DNA of 62,910 nucleotides, the filler included, from Chiloscyllium plagiosum (lineage: Eukaryota), in the NCBI RefSeq assembly GCF_004010195.1. It is 4 parts of one record of this genome, joined end to end, with 100 filler letters (N's around TTAATTAATTAA, not from the genome) between each part and the next. Parts side by side here need not be neighbours in the genome. Positions count along the whole stretch, not along the records: positions 12,439 to 37,168 come from NC_057711.1; positions 37,269 to 50,174 come from NC_057711.1; 2 more parts are not named here. One strand, given 5' to 3'. The position numbers and the translations under genes were made by a program. Position 1 is the first letter of the stretch, and every line of letters starts with the position of its first letter. Positions 24,715-38,007 of the stretch are shown one piece after another. A model generated the notes under the pieces. That model was not told the DNA's origin. It made no database searches and saw only the letters and a program-made list of their open reading frames with translations.

Positions 24715-25639
24715 TAGCTTGAAGGACTGCATATGCTGATGTCAGGAAAAAGCAACATGGACACTAATAGTGGTGACAAGAGCTGGTTAGAAAAGCAGTT
24801 CAGCATGCACCGAAGTAACTGTAAACATTTTCAGGAACCACCCCACGGACTTTTCCTGTAAAGTGTAGAGATTCTTGGGGAGGGGACATTAAGTGGGAAA
24901 GAAATAATATAAATAATGTACATTATCAATAGGGATAAAAATGTTAGAGTGGAATAGATGCAAAACAAAGGGTTAATTAAACCTTCATTTTAAGAATATT
25001 TATTCTGTGCAAAAGTAGCTGTGTCATAATAACATCATCACATGGTCTTGGAGGCAAAGTCTGCAAGGTTTCAATGGAATGCTTTCTCTTACTGTGCCTT
25101 ATAAATAATTATGTTCAATAAATCCTGTTGATGTTCATTCTTATGTATGTAGACTTCATCTTCCTATATTCATTTTCTTAAAGTTTGTCCACCTCGCCTG
25201 AATGAATTGTGGAAAATTGGAGTGAATTGCAGGTGCATCTTCCCCAAATGTGCCCAAAATGGAAACCATTAGCTGATGGTGAAAGGAAACTGCAACTAAA
25301 ATGTATTCCCACAATTGAAGTTATGTGACAAATAGACCTAAATCATCTGGTGTCCAAATAGTCAGAGACCAAACCTGGCCTGAAAGATGAAAGTTTAAAC
25401 TTCTGATCAGTGTTTACCTCATGTCTGGTACCTTCTGAAGAAGTGTCCAACTCTGATTTAGAGGCAGAGACTTTGGAGGGTGTACCTCCCTCACCTTATG
25501 CTATGCCTCAGTGGAGTTGCACACTGGAAATCAAGCCTCACTATTCCTAGAGTTATCACAAAAGGTAAAAACATTATCAAAATATGCAGAGTCCCCAATT
25601 TATCTGGCATCTGCGTAACTGAATAGTTTGTGGGTGTAA

Positions 25640-26410
25640 ATGATAAGGACAAAACCTTTTCACTTCCAAAAGGGGAATGGTGTACTTTTCTCTTCTGTAT
25701 AGTACTTTTAGATTCAGGATGACAGAAAACATGGACCAGGTTTCTGTACTTAATAAGAACAACTATTTATTACAAATAAATGGATTTTAACCACAGGTAA
25801 ACAACTATGAACGGTTGACATATCGCTACTAGTTAAAACTCTAACCCACTTCTAAAACTCTTTCAGGCAAATGTATATTTGCATTTGGACAAAAATACAT
25901 TTGCGTTTGGATAAAAATTCTTCATTCACTCTTCTTCATGTCCTTTTCACCTCTTTTGCAGCAAGTGCGAGCAATGAACACATTAACTGGAAAGTCTCTT
26001 AGTTACTGTTTAAAGCCACAGTTTAGAGCAACTGGTGAAGGGAAAATAAACTTTTTCCTCAAGTTTTAATTACTTTACAGGAGAGAAAAATACACCATTC
26101 CTTTTCCAAAGGTGAAAAGGTTTCTGCTAATACCCATATCCAATCAGGTAGTTGTTGTCAGGCTGACTGCTTTTATCATCCACAACTGCTCACAATTCAA
26201 TAAACCAATATGCTAGATGTGGCTGGCTGAATTTTACTTTGTATGTATACCTTGGTGCTGGCCTGTCTGAGTTCAGTCTCCTCTACTGATGTACAAAACA
26301 ACAGTGTAAACAGAACCACTTACAATGGGCTTCAGAACTTGCTTTTAAAATGTACATCAACTTCTTCCACAACCAAATATACAAAATGAAATGCAATCTT
26401 TCATACGGAC
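25640..26410. mobile_element. Putative LTR-like or unclassified repeat with an internal ~53-bp inverted repeat
   Basis: 25652-25704 is an imperfect reverse complement of 26071-26123. Boundaries and class are uncertain. Confidence 0.3.
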
Positions 26411-27027
26411 AAGAAATTTTAAGAGGAGTTACGACCTGCTCTAACTCCTGGCTAACTATTAAACTAACTCTCTGACCACCCCCAAACCTCTCTATGATTC
26501 CCAGTTGGATACCCCAATCAATCACATTAACTGCTCTTCTTCCAGTCCCTCATACTGTCACCCAATCTGCCTGAAAAGCCCCTTTCTGTTAATCCAAATG
26601 GTGCCCTTCGATCTTTTTATATTCACCTCAGAAAGCAGTCAGATCCTTTGTATTATCTCTCATTCAAAAGGCAATATTTCCAACAAGACAGCCACTGTTG
26701 GTCAAGTTATATGCACAAGTTTCTGGAGTGGAACTTGAATCCACAAGTATCTGGCTCAGGAGTGAAAGATTTCACATTGATCTACAGCCGACACACAATA
26801 TCAAATCTCTGAGATAGTGACATCCATCGTAAAAACTCTTCAAACCTTTCGAAGATGCACACCTCTGAAGAATGTGTATTTTGCTGTTTCTCATTTTGTT
26901 TTGCTTTTAAATTCTATATTTTAGTGCAACATGTTAGTGTTGCATTAAATATTTGTTTTATTTAATGTTACAAAGTGTGATTTTATAGAGATATTAGTGT
27001 TGGTGACTTAACTTTCCCCTGTTGCAG

Positions 27028-27144
27028 GCTACTGCCAAGATAAATGAACAGAAGAATGGAATTATATTCATGAAAGAAAATTACAGTTGAAAGTTAAGAC
27101 CTCTTCAGGATTCATTGAATAATGAGATGTCAGACTGGAAATCA
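27028..27144 (+). pseudogene. Candidate exon (117 bp, phase 0-0, one TGA)
   Basis: ctttcccctgttgcAG acceptor and GTGAGT donor. Reads ATAKINEQKNGIIFMKENYS*KLRPLQDSLNNEMSDWKS. The other two frames are also closed. Confidence 0.55.
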
Positions 27145-27803
27145 GTGAGTACATTTCCTCTTCAGTTTAAACTACTAAACTAAAACCATATATAGGTATT
27201 TTTATGTTGCATTTTCTCATTTTAAGTCAATTTGTCATCATAAAATATCTTAAGTTTCAAATTTAAAGAGGATTACAATTTAAATTCAGTATTAATTGAT
27301 ATTTCATAGTGACTCCTTCACCACATATATAATTTCATCAAGCCTCTTCATCCAGTTTGAATCCAGTTTAATTCTGTTGTTACGAGATGTTCATAATTGT
27401 CTTTAAATATTGTTCACTGGGTTCCTTACACAGAGTTTTACTTGAAACTAGTTTGTCCCACACAATCATGTATGCAAGTCAATGTACTTAAGCCGTGACT
27501 TTCCTGACTTGCTCATCATCCATTTAATAACTGAGTGTGCCATAACTAAAGCACAGAGATGTCTACATTTATCTGTTTTGAGTACAGCTGTATGGGAAGA
27601 GAGAAGTGTCATAAAAATAAATCTTTAACATGATATATAGTGGAACATTGAACAAAATCATCACACTGCATCATGGACTGACAATCATTGCAGAATTGGT
27701 TGCTTTTGCAGTCTTTATGGTTGGCTTCATTTTATTAGTATATCAATGGTTTTTACTACCAAAAGTATGCAGGATTGTTTCTCCTCTTTTCCATCCATTT
27801 TGA

Positions 27804-28064
27804 CTGGGCTGTCTCCGAGTACTAGACATTCCCCTGCAAGAAGGGAAAGATGGATTAAAGGAACAGTCCACTACCACCGTACTCATTAGCACCTCCAGCG
27901 ACTATTTGCAGAGTAATATTCTTCAAACCCTGTGGGAACAGGATAACTGCCAGCACTGTTGTTCAGATAATGATCCATGGCACGAGGAAACTAATGAGCA
28001 GGAGAAAAATGAATTGAAAATCAGAGATGAGTTGTTTTCAAGATCACTCTTTCGCAATAAATAA
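27804..28064 (+). pseudogene. 86-codon open frame, possible decayed exon
   Basis: ...DIPLQEGKDGLKEQSTTTVLISTSSDYLQSNILQTLWEQD...EETNEQEKNELKIRDE. Possible AG at 27824-25 and a possibly mutated donor ATGAGT at 28027. Confidence 0.3.
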
Positions 28065-29989
28065 TTATTCATTTCAAAACCCTCCTTACATGTTTGGAAG
28101 GAAGTGTTTGAAATTATGCAGAAAGGTTACTTTAAACTAATTGCCATTTAATTGTTGACTATTAACAATGCAAAACTATTCACAATAATTTACAAAGAAG
28201 GTATATAAAATATTCCATGCCAGGGGAAAATACTGAAAGTATCTTATAATTTTTAAATATTATTTTAGCGATGAAGGCATTTAATTGGATATCCAGTAGA
28301 AATGAAATGGTCCCATTCATCAGGCTGTCCCCATTAACAAATCTATCAGTCTTCTTCTTAAATAAATTGATAATCAATTATTGCCTGCAGAAATATCACT
28401 TTTAAAGGAATGTTCTTATAAACTAAGGTTTTATTAACTAGCAATAATTGTATATCCAACAAAATAAAAGACTGAAAAGCCTTTGTGTTCTCTTTATAAA
28501 TCACTTCGTTTAACATTAGTTAAACTATAAATAGTATCTTTAAGTTGTGACTTTGAAGAGCATACATCACCATTATTTCTTAGATCTCCTGGACTTCTAT
28601 TTCGCAGAAAAAACTATTCAGCTCATTTCTAAGATAGTGGTAAAGCAAAGCATTAGTTCAGAAACTAAAGTGTTATAAATTTAAAGCAAACTAAGTACAA
28701 GAAATGTTAACAAGTCAGTTTGAAAGAAGCTTCATAAACAGGAAATCTGATGACCCAACAATATCAAAGTGTACACCTGGCTGCCTTTTAGTTCATGATA
28801 TTGTAAGAAAGTTAGAAAGAGGGGTAGACACGGACAGTCTTCCCACCTTGAGGACCAATTGAGTTGCCCTATTTAAGATCCACATCTTACGTTATTTGCA
28901 GGGCAAGGGTGGCCAGGAACAGTAAACTGCCAATAAACTGGCAGCATCCTTGTGATTTTGGCTGCAGCAGGGGCATCGTCATCAAGCACCTTGTAGCTCA
29001 AACAGCCAACCCTGCCCTCCATAATACCATTCCTCTTCTCCCGTGACTACCTGGCTGGCTTCAACAGGCACATCCCACTCACCTCTCTTCTTAAACCTGC
29101 ATTGGGGATGGTGCTCTGGGGGTCTGCTGCAGATTCTGCAATGGCCACTATTCCCTGGAACTAAAGAGCTCCTAACTGTCTCATTGATCAGCAATTCTGA
29201 AAAGCAGGCACTTCACCTTTAAATACATGGGAACCCAGTGTAAGATGGTGGATTGTCGTTTAATCCTTTTGGAGAGAATGAAAATGGCCAGACCCATTGA
29301 TGAGGGTCATCAGTGTGAACATTTGATTCTGCCTGATGTGCACAATCTGACTTTAAAATGGCGAGATTATAAAAAATATCACATAGGTGTGCAATTAAGG
29401 CATCCCAAACATGATATAAGTGCTCCTGAGGGAAAGCTGTATTTGCATGAAACACACATCTGTAAAAGGGCTGTGATATGTAGCCCAAATTCTCTGCATT
29501 GCACCTCTTGTTTATGCAGAAGTATAAAATTACCCTTCATTGAAACAAATGAGAACATTCGCGATATGTCATTTATCCTAAACTGCAATGTTTTACAAAG
29601 ACAGAAGGTGGCACTGTTTGCAATGCATTTTATCTGAAGATATTGAAAGAGTGTAACGTTGTTGAAATCAGAAGCCATAACTCTACATACAATGAGTCAT
29701 GGTGAGCCACAGAAGATATAATTTACAAGCAAACATTTGGACGTTGAAATGACCTATCCCATACTAGTTGTGAATAACTAAAAATATCACATGGCTGAAT
29801 TAAATATGGTGAGCAACTTTGGAAAAATGACCTAAAAGTCCAGACAGAAAGGGGCCAGGTCAATACAAAAATAAACAAAGACTGTTTTGGAATGGGACAG
29901 ATTTCAGGGAGAAAAGGAATTGAGGATCGAGTTAGCTGAAGGAAGGTGGAAATAGCAATTTGCAAATTTAACTGTAGAACATCATTGTG

Positions 29990-31945
29990 GCAGAGGATTG
30001 AACTCGCCCATGAAACGAGTTTAAAATTGACAGGAGGGAGTGTTGGACAAACTGTTTTTACTTAAAGTTGACAAGGCACTGAGACTGGATGGGATGCACA
30101 CAAGGATTTGTGAAGAAAGTGAGAGTGGATATTGTAGGGACACAAGCCATGTACTTTCAGTCTTCTCTAAACTTGGGGAGATGCTAGAAAACTGGAAAAT
30201 TGATAATATTAAGGCCTCATTTGGGAAAGATTATAAGAATAAACCCAGGAATTACAGAGTAGCCAGTTTAACATCGGTACTGGATATGCTTTTGGAGACA
30301 GATTATTTGAGAGAGAATAGTAGTCACTTTGTAAATGGTTGGTTGATTAGGAAGAATACTTTCTTCAGGAATCAGGAAGGAGGATCTCTAAAGAGGAAAT
30401 CATGTTTAACTATCTTTCTGGGACTTTTTGAAGAGATAACAGAAAGGCTGGATAAGAGTAATGCAGCTGATGTGGTATACATGAGTTTTCTGGTGGCATT
30501 TGATACAATAGGAGAGGAGGTGATGGCCAAGTGGTGTTTTTGCCAGACTATTAGTCCATAGTCTCAGGTAATATTCTCAGGATCTGAGTTTAAATCCTGA
30601 CCTGACAGTTGATGGAATTTGGATTCAATAAAAATCTGGAATTAAGGTTCTAATGATGACTATGAACTGCGGATTATTTGGGGAAAATCCCACCTGGTTT
30701 ACTAATATGCTTTAGAGAAGGAAACTGCTGTCCTTACCTTGTCTGGTCTACATGTGATTCCAGATCCATACTAAACTGACTCTTAACTGCCCTTTGGGCA
30801 ATTAGGGGTGGGCAATAAATGTTAGGCTGGCTCACGTCTTGTCAATTATTTTTTTTAAAATGCCGCACAACAGACTTGTGAAGAAAGTTATAGATCTTGG
30901 AATAAAAAGAGTCAATAGCAACAAAATTGGTTGACCGATAGGAGACAGTCATGGTTAATGGATTACTTTGGCTGGAGAAATGTTACTCGTGGAGTTCCCC
31001 TGAGGTTGTTCTTAAGACCCTTGCTTTTCCTGGTCCATATGAATAATCTAGATCTTGGTGTGCTGGGGAGAATTTCAAAGTTTACAGATGGCATGAAACT
31101 TGGAAGAATTGTAAATTGTGAAGAGGACATTGTAGAGCTCCAGAAGAGCATTGAGAAGTTATTAGACAGGGAAGAAAGGTGGCAGATGAGTAGGAAGAAC
31201 ATTTAAATATATTACAAAATCGGGGATACACCAATTTTAATGTGGGGGTGCAGGCGAAGAGGATCTTGGTGTATATGTTCACAGATCATTGAGAGTGGCA
31301 GGACAGATAGACAAAGCAGTCAGTAAAGCATACAATATCCTCACCTTTAGGAATAGGGACATAGAGTATAAGAGTAAAGAGGTGAATTTTGAACTCATAT
31401 AACAGACTTATTAGACCTTAACATTGTATATCATTCTGCCCAAAGTATTATAGAAAAGATGTGAACACATTGGAGACAGTGTAGAAGCAATTTACAAGAA
31501 TTGTTCCAGGGATGTGGAACTTCAGTTATGAGAATAAGTTGAAGATTTTGGGATTGTTCTCTTAGGAGAGAAGGGGGCACAAAGGAGATCTGATAGAGAT
31601 TTTCAAAATCATGAACTGGCTTGATAAAGCATGTCAGAAGAAACTGTTTCCCCTCATAAAAGGATCGAGAACAAGAGAGTATAGGTTTAAAATGATCTGC
31701 AATAGCGTCAAGGGTGAAGTTTGGAAAAAAAAACGTTATGACTAAGCAAGTTGTTAGAATATGGAATGCAATGCTGGGAAGCGCCCTTGTGGAGGCAGGT
31801 TCAGCTGAGGGAATTGGATGATTATTTGGATAAAAATAAATGTACAAAGGTATAAGGATGTTGGCACTAGCAAATGATACTCATTTGACAAACGAGGACA
31901 GGGATGGTAAGCTACATGGCCTTTTCTTGCACCATAACACTCCGG
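29990..31945 (+). mobile_element. Old degraded CR1 LINE (RT + 3' UTR), interrupted by a SINE
   Basis: ORFs 30040-30561 (NYRVASLT, KSCLT, DVVYMSFLVAFD) and 30931-31206 (RGVPL, SKFTDGMK). Confidence 0.85.
30510..30860 (+). mobile_element. Second tRNA-derived SINE family nested in CR1
   Basis: Degenerate A/B boxes. Splits the CR1 AFDT|PHNRL motif. A minus-strand relative lies at ~53480-53670. Confidence 0.65.
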
Positions 31946-32904
31946 TGATGTTAAAATCAAGCTAAAATCAAAATCGACTGATATACAACAACTATAGGTG
32001 TGATAAAGATGAGAAATAATATGAAAAAATAAGAAAAGACATTAAGAGAGGTTTAGAAAATAGGTGCACAATTAAAGTTAAGTAGAAAGGACAATTGTTA
32101 GTTGTGAAATGGAACCTCAGAGAGTAAAGAAAAGTGTAGAAGATAAATGAAAATTGACAAGGACATTTAATAAGTATTTTCTTCAGTGTTTAAAAAAAAT
32201 GGTACATGGTTCAGGTAAATTTTGAATTGAATACAAACTAGATGCGGAACATGGCAATAAATAAAAGGTCTTAGAGACATTTACTTTACTAAAGAGGGCA
32301 AGGTACTAAGGCATCATGGAAGCTATTTGTGAATCTGAGAGAAATAACAAGAGATCCATGGAAAGGTGTTTCAAGTCTGGATTGAGATGGGGGTGTATGG
32401 CAGCAGACTAGAAAGTGGCCAATGTGATATACTTCTGAGAAAAAATGGACTGAGTTACTCAAATTAATTGCAGGCTACTTAGTTTTAGGTCAGAACTTGC
32501 AATTAAAAATGCAATTAGAAATATATCCAGATAAAAACAAAATAATTAGCTATCGTTTGGGATTCCAGAAAGAAAAGCATAGTTGACAAGCCAGTTGATA
32601 ATATTTAAGGAGATGATAGATCCAGTGGATGGGTTGGTCAGGTAGTGGGGGAAGTGGGGATGTACAATTGTTGTTGTGTATGTTGAGTTATGGTGCATTT
32701 GTTAAAGAAGTGTATCACAATCTGTTGTCCAACAGAGTGTATGTATTAGTCCCATACCTTGTATTCCATCTACAAGCAGCACTCATCAAGTTCAGATGTG
32801 CTAACGTAGTGTCCCAGTTAACTCAATTTGTATGTAGGCTTATCTTTAAATAAAAAGGCCTCATTATTGTTTAACCAATTTCTGTTGTATGACTTCATAG
32901 AATT

Positions 32905-33014
32905 CCTACAGCAGACATGGGGATAACATGCAAACTCCACACAGATAGTTGCCCAAGCTAGAATTGAACCCAGGTCCCTCGCACTGTGAGGCAGCAGTAT
33001 TAACCACTGAGCCA
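32905..33014 (-). mobile_element. V-SINE 5' fragment
   Basis: Reverse complement of the tRNA-like head (tggctcagtggttaatactgctgcctcacag). Confidence 0.8.
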
Positions 33015-33190
33015 AATTTTAGATGGTCTGGGAAGCAAAACAGAGTAATTTATGTTATATTTTCCCAGTATTAAAGTTATTTATTTTATTTGAAGTTGAT
33101 CAGAATTGAACTGTGATATACCATTAGGTATTTGGTAAAGCATAATGAATCGTTTTATCCCACAATTCATGCATCAAACATTGTGACATT

Positions 33191-33527
33191 CATGGTGGCT
33201 CAGCAGTTAGAATTGCCACCTTACACCATCAGGGACCTGGGTTTGATTCCACCCTTGGGCAATGTCTGTGTGGAATTTGCACATCTCCCCGTGTCTGTGT
33301 GGGTTTCGTTCCACTGTCCAAAGATGTGCAGGTTCGGTGGATTGGCCATGCTAAGTTGCCTATAGCACCGAGCAATGCATATTTTAGGTGGATCAGTCAT
33401 GGGAAATGCAGGATTACAAGGAATAAGGTTTAGAGAGGGATGAGTCTTGGTAGAATGCTCTTCAGATGATCAGTGTAGATTCAATAGGCTGAATGGCCTG
33501 CTTCTGTATTGTAAGGATTCTACGATT
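33191..33527 (+). mobile_element. Older V-SINE (HE1-like)
   Basis: A/B boxes, V-domain tttgcacatctccccgtgtctgtgtgggttt, tail gattctacgatt. Confidence 0.82.
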
Positions 33528-36500
33528 CACAGCAGATAAGATTTTAAAGCTCTATGCACTTTGACATTCATCTTGCCCACTCTGAGCTCAAGTTCCATCA
33601 CCACGTCAGATTTCCAAACGATACTGTTTAATTCAGATTAAAATCTAAAATGCTGATCCACACCATTTTAAATCATGTTAAAATAACATAAAATGTGTTT
33701 ATTTCTGTTTATGTAGTTTTGCTGACAGGTAGGATGTAAGTTAATATAAGTTCAGATATTATGTACTGATATAAATGCCTGATATAAGGTTATGAATAAT
33801 TGGATTTTATCTCATATTTCTCTTCCAATTTCTGGGTCAGATTTCAGTCTGTTACTAATTTATCAAACATGAAGCACATAGAAAGAATGTGACAGTTGTA
33901 ATGCTTAATGTAAATTATTAACTGTAAAGATATATAAAGCAGTTTGATTTCTAACCCCAGGCACATCATTGTTTGACATATTTTGGAAAGATTTGATTGG
34001 AGTGATGTTACCTTTCATTTATAGAAATTACAAATGTGTTATTTCTTCCTACATTAATTTACCCTGCAAAACATAAAAGCAAAATAGTTTCATCTCTGTT
34101 GCTGATTTTCCTCCCTCATAAATTTAACCTGTCTTTAATTTTAAATATTGCAAACTTAGGGCGGTGCAAGCTGGGAAATATTTCAGTTTAAAATTAAGGA
34201 TGGGCAGAAGTTTTCAGATTGGTATGGCCCCTTTCATTTTTAACTGTCAAAGGACAAGCTTGAACTAAGCAAATCATCACTTTGCCAGTTTCTCTGTTTT
34301 TGATTAAAATTCACTGTTGGTATATTACTATAAAATTTCAGTTGGATCTGCATACATTGAGAAATACAACATTTAAATTAATTTTCTCAAAATGTTTGGC
34401 TGATACAGTGGCTCTAATGTATTTCAAACTGAGATGGATAGCAGCAGCTTAAGTGGGTGGAATTAACAATGGTTAAATAACATTGACAGAAGAGATTGTA
34501 TTTAGCTTTAGCACATTAGCACTTTAAGAATTTTAGAAAAATGAATAACACGTATACCATTGGTCTATGATAGTCACTGTATCGTGGAGACAGAGGTTAA
34601 GTATGCAGGTAATTCACACACACTTGAAGTTGCTCCCACAATACACTGATTAGTGAAACAACAATTAGAAGACATTTCCCTGGGGGAATCTAGCTTGCAA
34701 TGAACACATCCCTCAGGGCTAAAGAGAAAATAGTCAGTTTCGATATGCGCGCGAGTGTTTCTTTGAACATTTGAAATAAAAACCTCTGCTTGTTTTTCCT
34801 ACTTTGCAACAAAAACCTGCATTTATATATTGCCTTTAAGGTGAGAAAGCATTGCAACCTGCTTCTCAAATAGATGCAAGGAAAACAGGTGCCAAATCAG
34901 TCAGGGGGAGATTAGGAAGATTCACATGAGATTGCTAAAAGTGAAGGAAGAGAAGTTTAAGGAATGAGCACCAGTGAGTAGTGTTCAGGTGCCTGAATTG
35001 TTCTAACAAGTCTCTTGTGAGATATTCGGTTATATTTGTGACAGCCAGCATTTGGGAGTTCAAGCTCAACAAATGGTTGAAGAGAACATGAAAATTATGG
35101 ACAGTTTATTGGGTGAGGCAGGGAATGGATTTGTTGCAAGGAATTGGTGCCAAAGGTGATGATTTCAGAGTTCCTAATATCAAACTGATTGAAGTTGTGA
35201 CTCATCCAAGTTCTGATAAGGGACAGGCAGCCTGGCAACACAGTGGTAGTTTTGAGAGGTAGAGCTATGAAATCAGGAGCAGAACTGTAAAAGCTAGCTC
35301 TTACTATGCCTTAAGGCAATACCACAAAGGGAAACCATTAAGCAGGAAGAAAGACCCTTGGAATTCTCAGATGGAAGGTGGTGGGAGAGGATGAGGAGAG
35401 ATGAAGGGATGTGTTTGCATTTGATGAATCCTCTCTGTTCAGGTAGAAAGCAATGAATCAAATACGAGGAAAGTTCTGTGGATTAATGTAATGGAGAAAG
35501 GCACTGGAGGATAGCAGTGAATCTGTATTTAGTAAGATGGAAAGGCAAAGGAAGTATAATGCACCATGGTCAATGTCACAGAGTAGGATGGTCATAATTT
35601 TGCCTCCAGTCATTTCACTGCAATGAGCGGGATGGAAACTGGTTTGGATATATTTAACAAAAAAAAATTAACCAGGTGAATTGGGAAGGGTTGGCACATT
35701 CAAGAACCTTAATGCAATAACGTGGGTTGGAGACTGCACACCGGCGTGACAGGAATAATGGGTGCAGGATCAGTTCTTCAAAGTGCAGGTCAATGGTTAA
35801 TTTCTGGAACATGGATATTGCCTGAAGGAAGGGGACCATTAAGCAGAAGCACGAAAGGTGAGTTGAGTGGTCAGGAATTAAATAGATGAGGGGAATAAAA
35901 ATGGGCCTCATTAATTAATGTGGTTTAGAGAGAGGTTATAGGCATGAAACCACAGAACAAAAGGGATCATGTATTAAAATGGAAGGAGACCACCGACAGT
36001 AGCTAAGAGACAGCTGCAAGGATGGTGTCAAAATTAGACATTAAATACCCATGTATTCCTCATGTTTGATGTTTGACAGGATGGTTGAAGTGATGGGTAG
36101 GGGCTTTTAAGGATGCTATAGATGTTGGGAAAACATGTCTTGAATCATCTTTTTCCTCCAGGGTGATCTTGGAGAACGCTGCTCGAGTACAATACTCCTT
36201 TAAATCAGTCCGTGTGCTATTGAATGTCTTTAACTGAACATATGCGGCAAGTTCTAAACTGAATTCTAAAATATACTCTGTTATAACATGATAGGATTAA
36301 AAAAACCTGTTGCTTGATTTACTTATGTACCATAAGGAATAGCAATAATAGAAAGTGTGGTATGTCACTCCTTTGATAGTAGCTTTTTAAAAATATTGTA
36401 TATACATGCCCTTAACTTATTAGTTTTCCACGGCTCACTGCTATGCAATTCAGCGCTGTGAATTGGATTATCAAATTGTACAAAAGTGTCATTGATTCTA

Positions 36501-37168
36501 TGTTGTGGTCAGCCTAAATAGTAATGTTTTACAATCTCTACCAGATTTCCCTCTTCTCCCAATGGAACACTTCACTCTCAAATCTCACCTTCTAAATTAA
36601 AACACCCTCCATTTTGCCAGAGCAGCGAGGAGAGAAGGAGGAGTGAAGCGAGGGCTGCCGGGAAGGTAAGGGCTTAATTTATATTTGGGCAGTGGCTAAA
36701 CCCGAGATACTACACATGTGGTATCTCCCTCCCGCCCTCCTTCTCTAACTGGAAGAAAAAGACCCTGTAAGGTAAGGCTTTTATTTCTTATCTTTCTTTT
36801 TCATTTATTTAAGTGCATTGTTTGGTTTTTAGTCAGTTCATATAAAACTAAGCTTACAATGGCAGGGGACTTCAGACCCGTGGCATGTGACACTTGCTGG
36901 ATGTGGGAGCTTAGGAACGTGTCTGACATTCCTGACTCTTACACTTGCAAGACATGTGTCCAGCTGCAGCTGTTGTTAGACTGCATGACGGCTCTGGAGC
37001 TGCAGATGGACTCACTGTGGAGCATCCACGATGCTGAGGAGGTCGTGGGTAGCACGTTTAGTGAACTGGTCACAGTGCAGGTTAGAATTGCTGAGGGGGA
37101 CAGTGAATGGGTGAACAAAAGGCAGAAAAAAGAGTAGGAAGGCAGTGCAGGTGTCCCCTGCGGTCATC

Positions 37169-37268
37169 NNNNNNNNNNNNNNNNNNNNNNNNNNNNNNNN
37201 NNNNNNNNNNNNTTAATTAATTAANNNNNNNNNNNNNNNNNNNNNNNNNNNNNNNNNNNNNNNNNNNN
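37169..37268. other. Assembly gap with artificial linker
   Basis: 44 N + TTAATTAATTAA + 44 N. Confidence 0.95.
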
Positions 37269-37875
37269 ATGGACTTTAGTAAGGCGTTTGATAAGGTTCC
37301 CCATGGTAGACTAATGGAGAAGGTGAAGTCACATGGTGTGCAAGGTGTTCTCGCTAGGTGGATAAAGAACAGGTTGAGCAACAGGAGATAGTAGTGGTTG
37401 AAGGGAGTTTCTCGAAATGGAGAAAGGTGACCAGTGGTGTTCCACAGGGGTCAGTATTGGGGCCACTGTTGTTTATGATATACATAAATGATCTAGAAGA
37501 GGGCACTGTTGGTTTGATCAGCAAGTTTGCAGATGACACAAAGATTGGTGGAGTAGCAGAAAGCATAAGAGACTGTCAGAGAATACAGGAGGATATAGAT
37601 AGACTGGAGAATTGGGCGGAAAAGTGGCAGATGGCTTTCAGTCCAGACAAATGTGAGGTGATGCATTTAGGCAAGTCAAATTCGAGAGCGAATTCTGCAA
37701 TGAATGGAAGAGCCTTGGGGAAAGTTGATGGGCAGAGAGATCTGGGAGTGCAGGTCCATTGTACCCTGAAGGTTGCTGCACAGGTGGATAGAGTGGTCAA
37801 GAAGGCATATAGTATGCTTGCCTTCATTGGGCGGGGTATTGAGTATAAGAGCTGGCAAGTCATGTTAAAATTGTA

Positions 37876-38007
37876 GCTGAAAAATATGTGCTGGAAAAGC
37901 ACAGTAGGTCAGGCAGCATCCAAGGAGCAGGAGAATCGACATTTTGGGCATAAGCCCTTCTTCAGGAATCAGCTCTGATCTCCAGCATCTGCAGTCCTCA
38001 CTTTCTC
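37876..38007. mobile_element. 132-bp PLE-derived insert (inverted terminal repeat pieces) with 15-bp TSD
   Basis: catgttaaaattgta at 37861-37875 and 38008-38022. Interrupts CR1 ORF2. Confidence 0.85.

Noticed and set aside
34900..36150. Possible ancient L2-like LINE debris
   Set aside because: Purine-skewed and suggestive, but too degraded to assign motifs or boundaries by eye.
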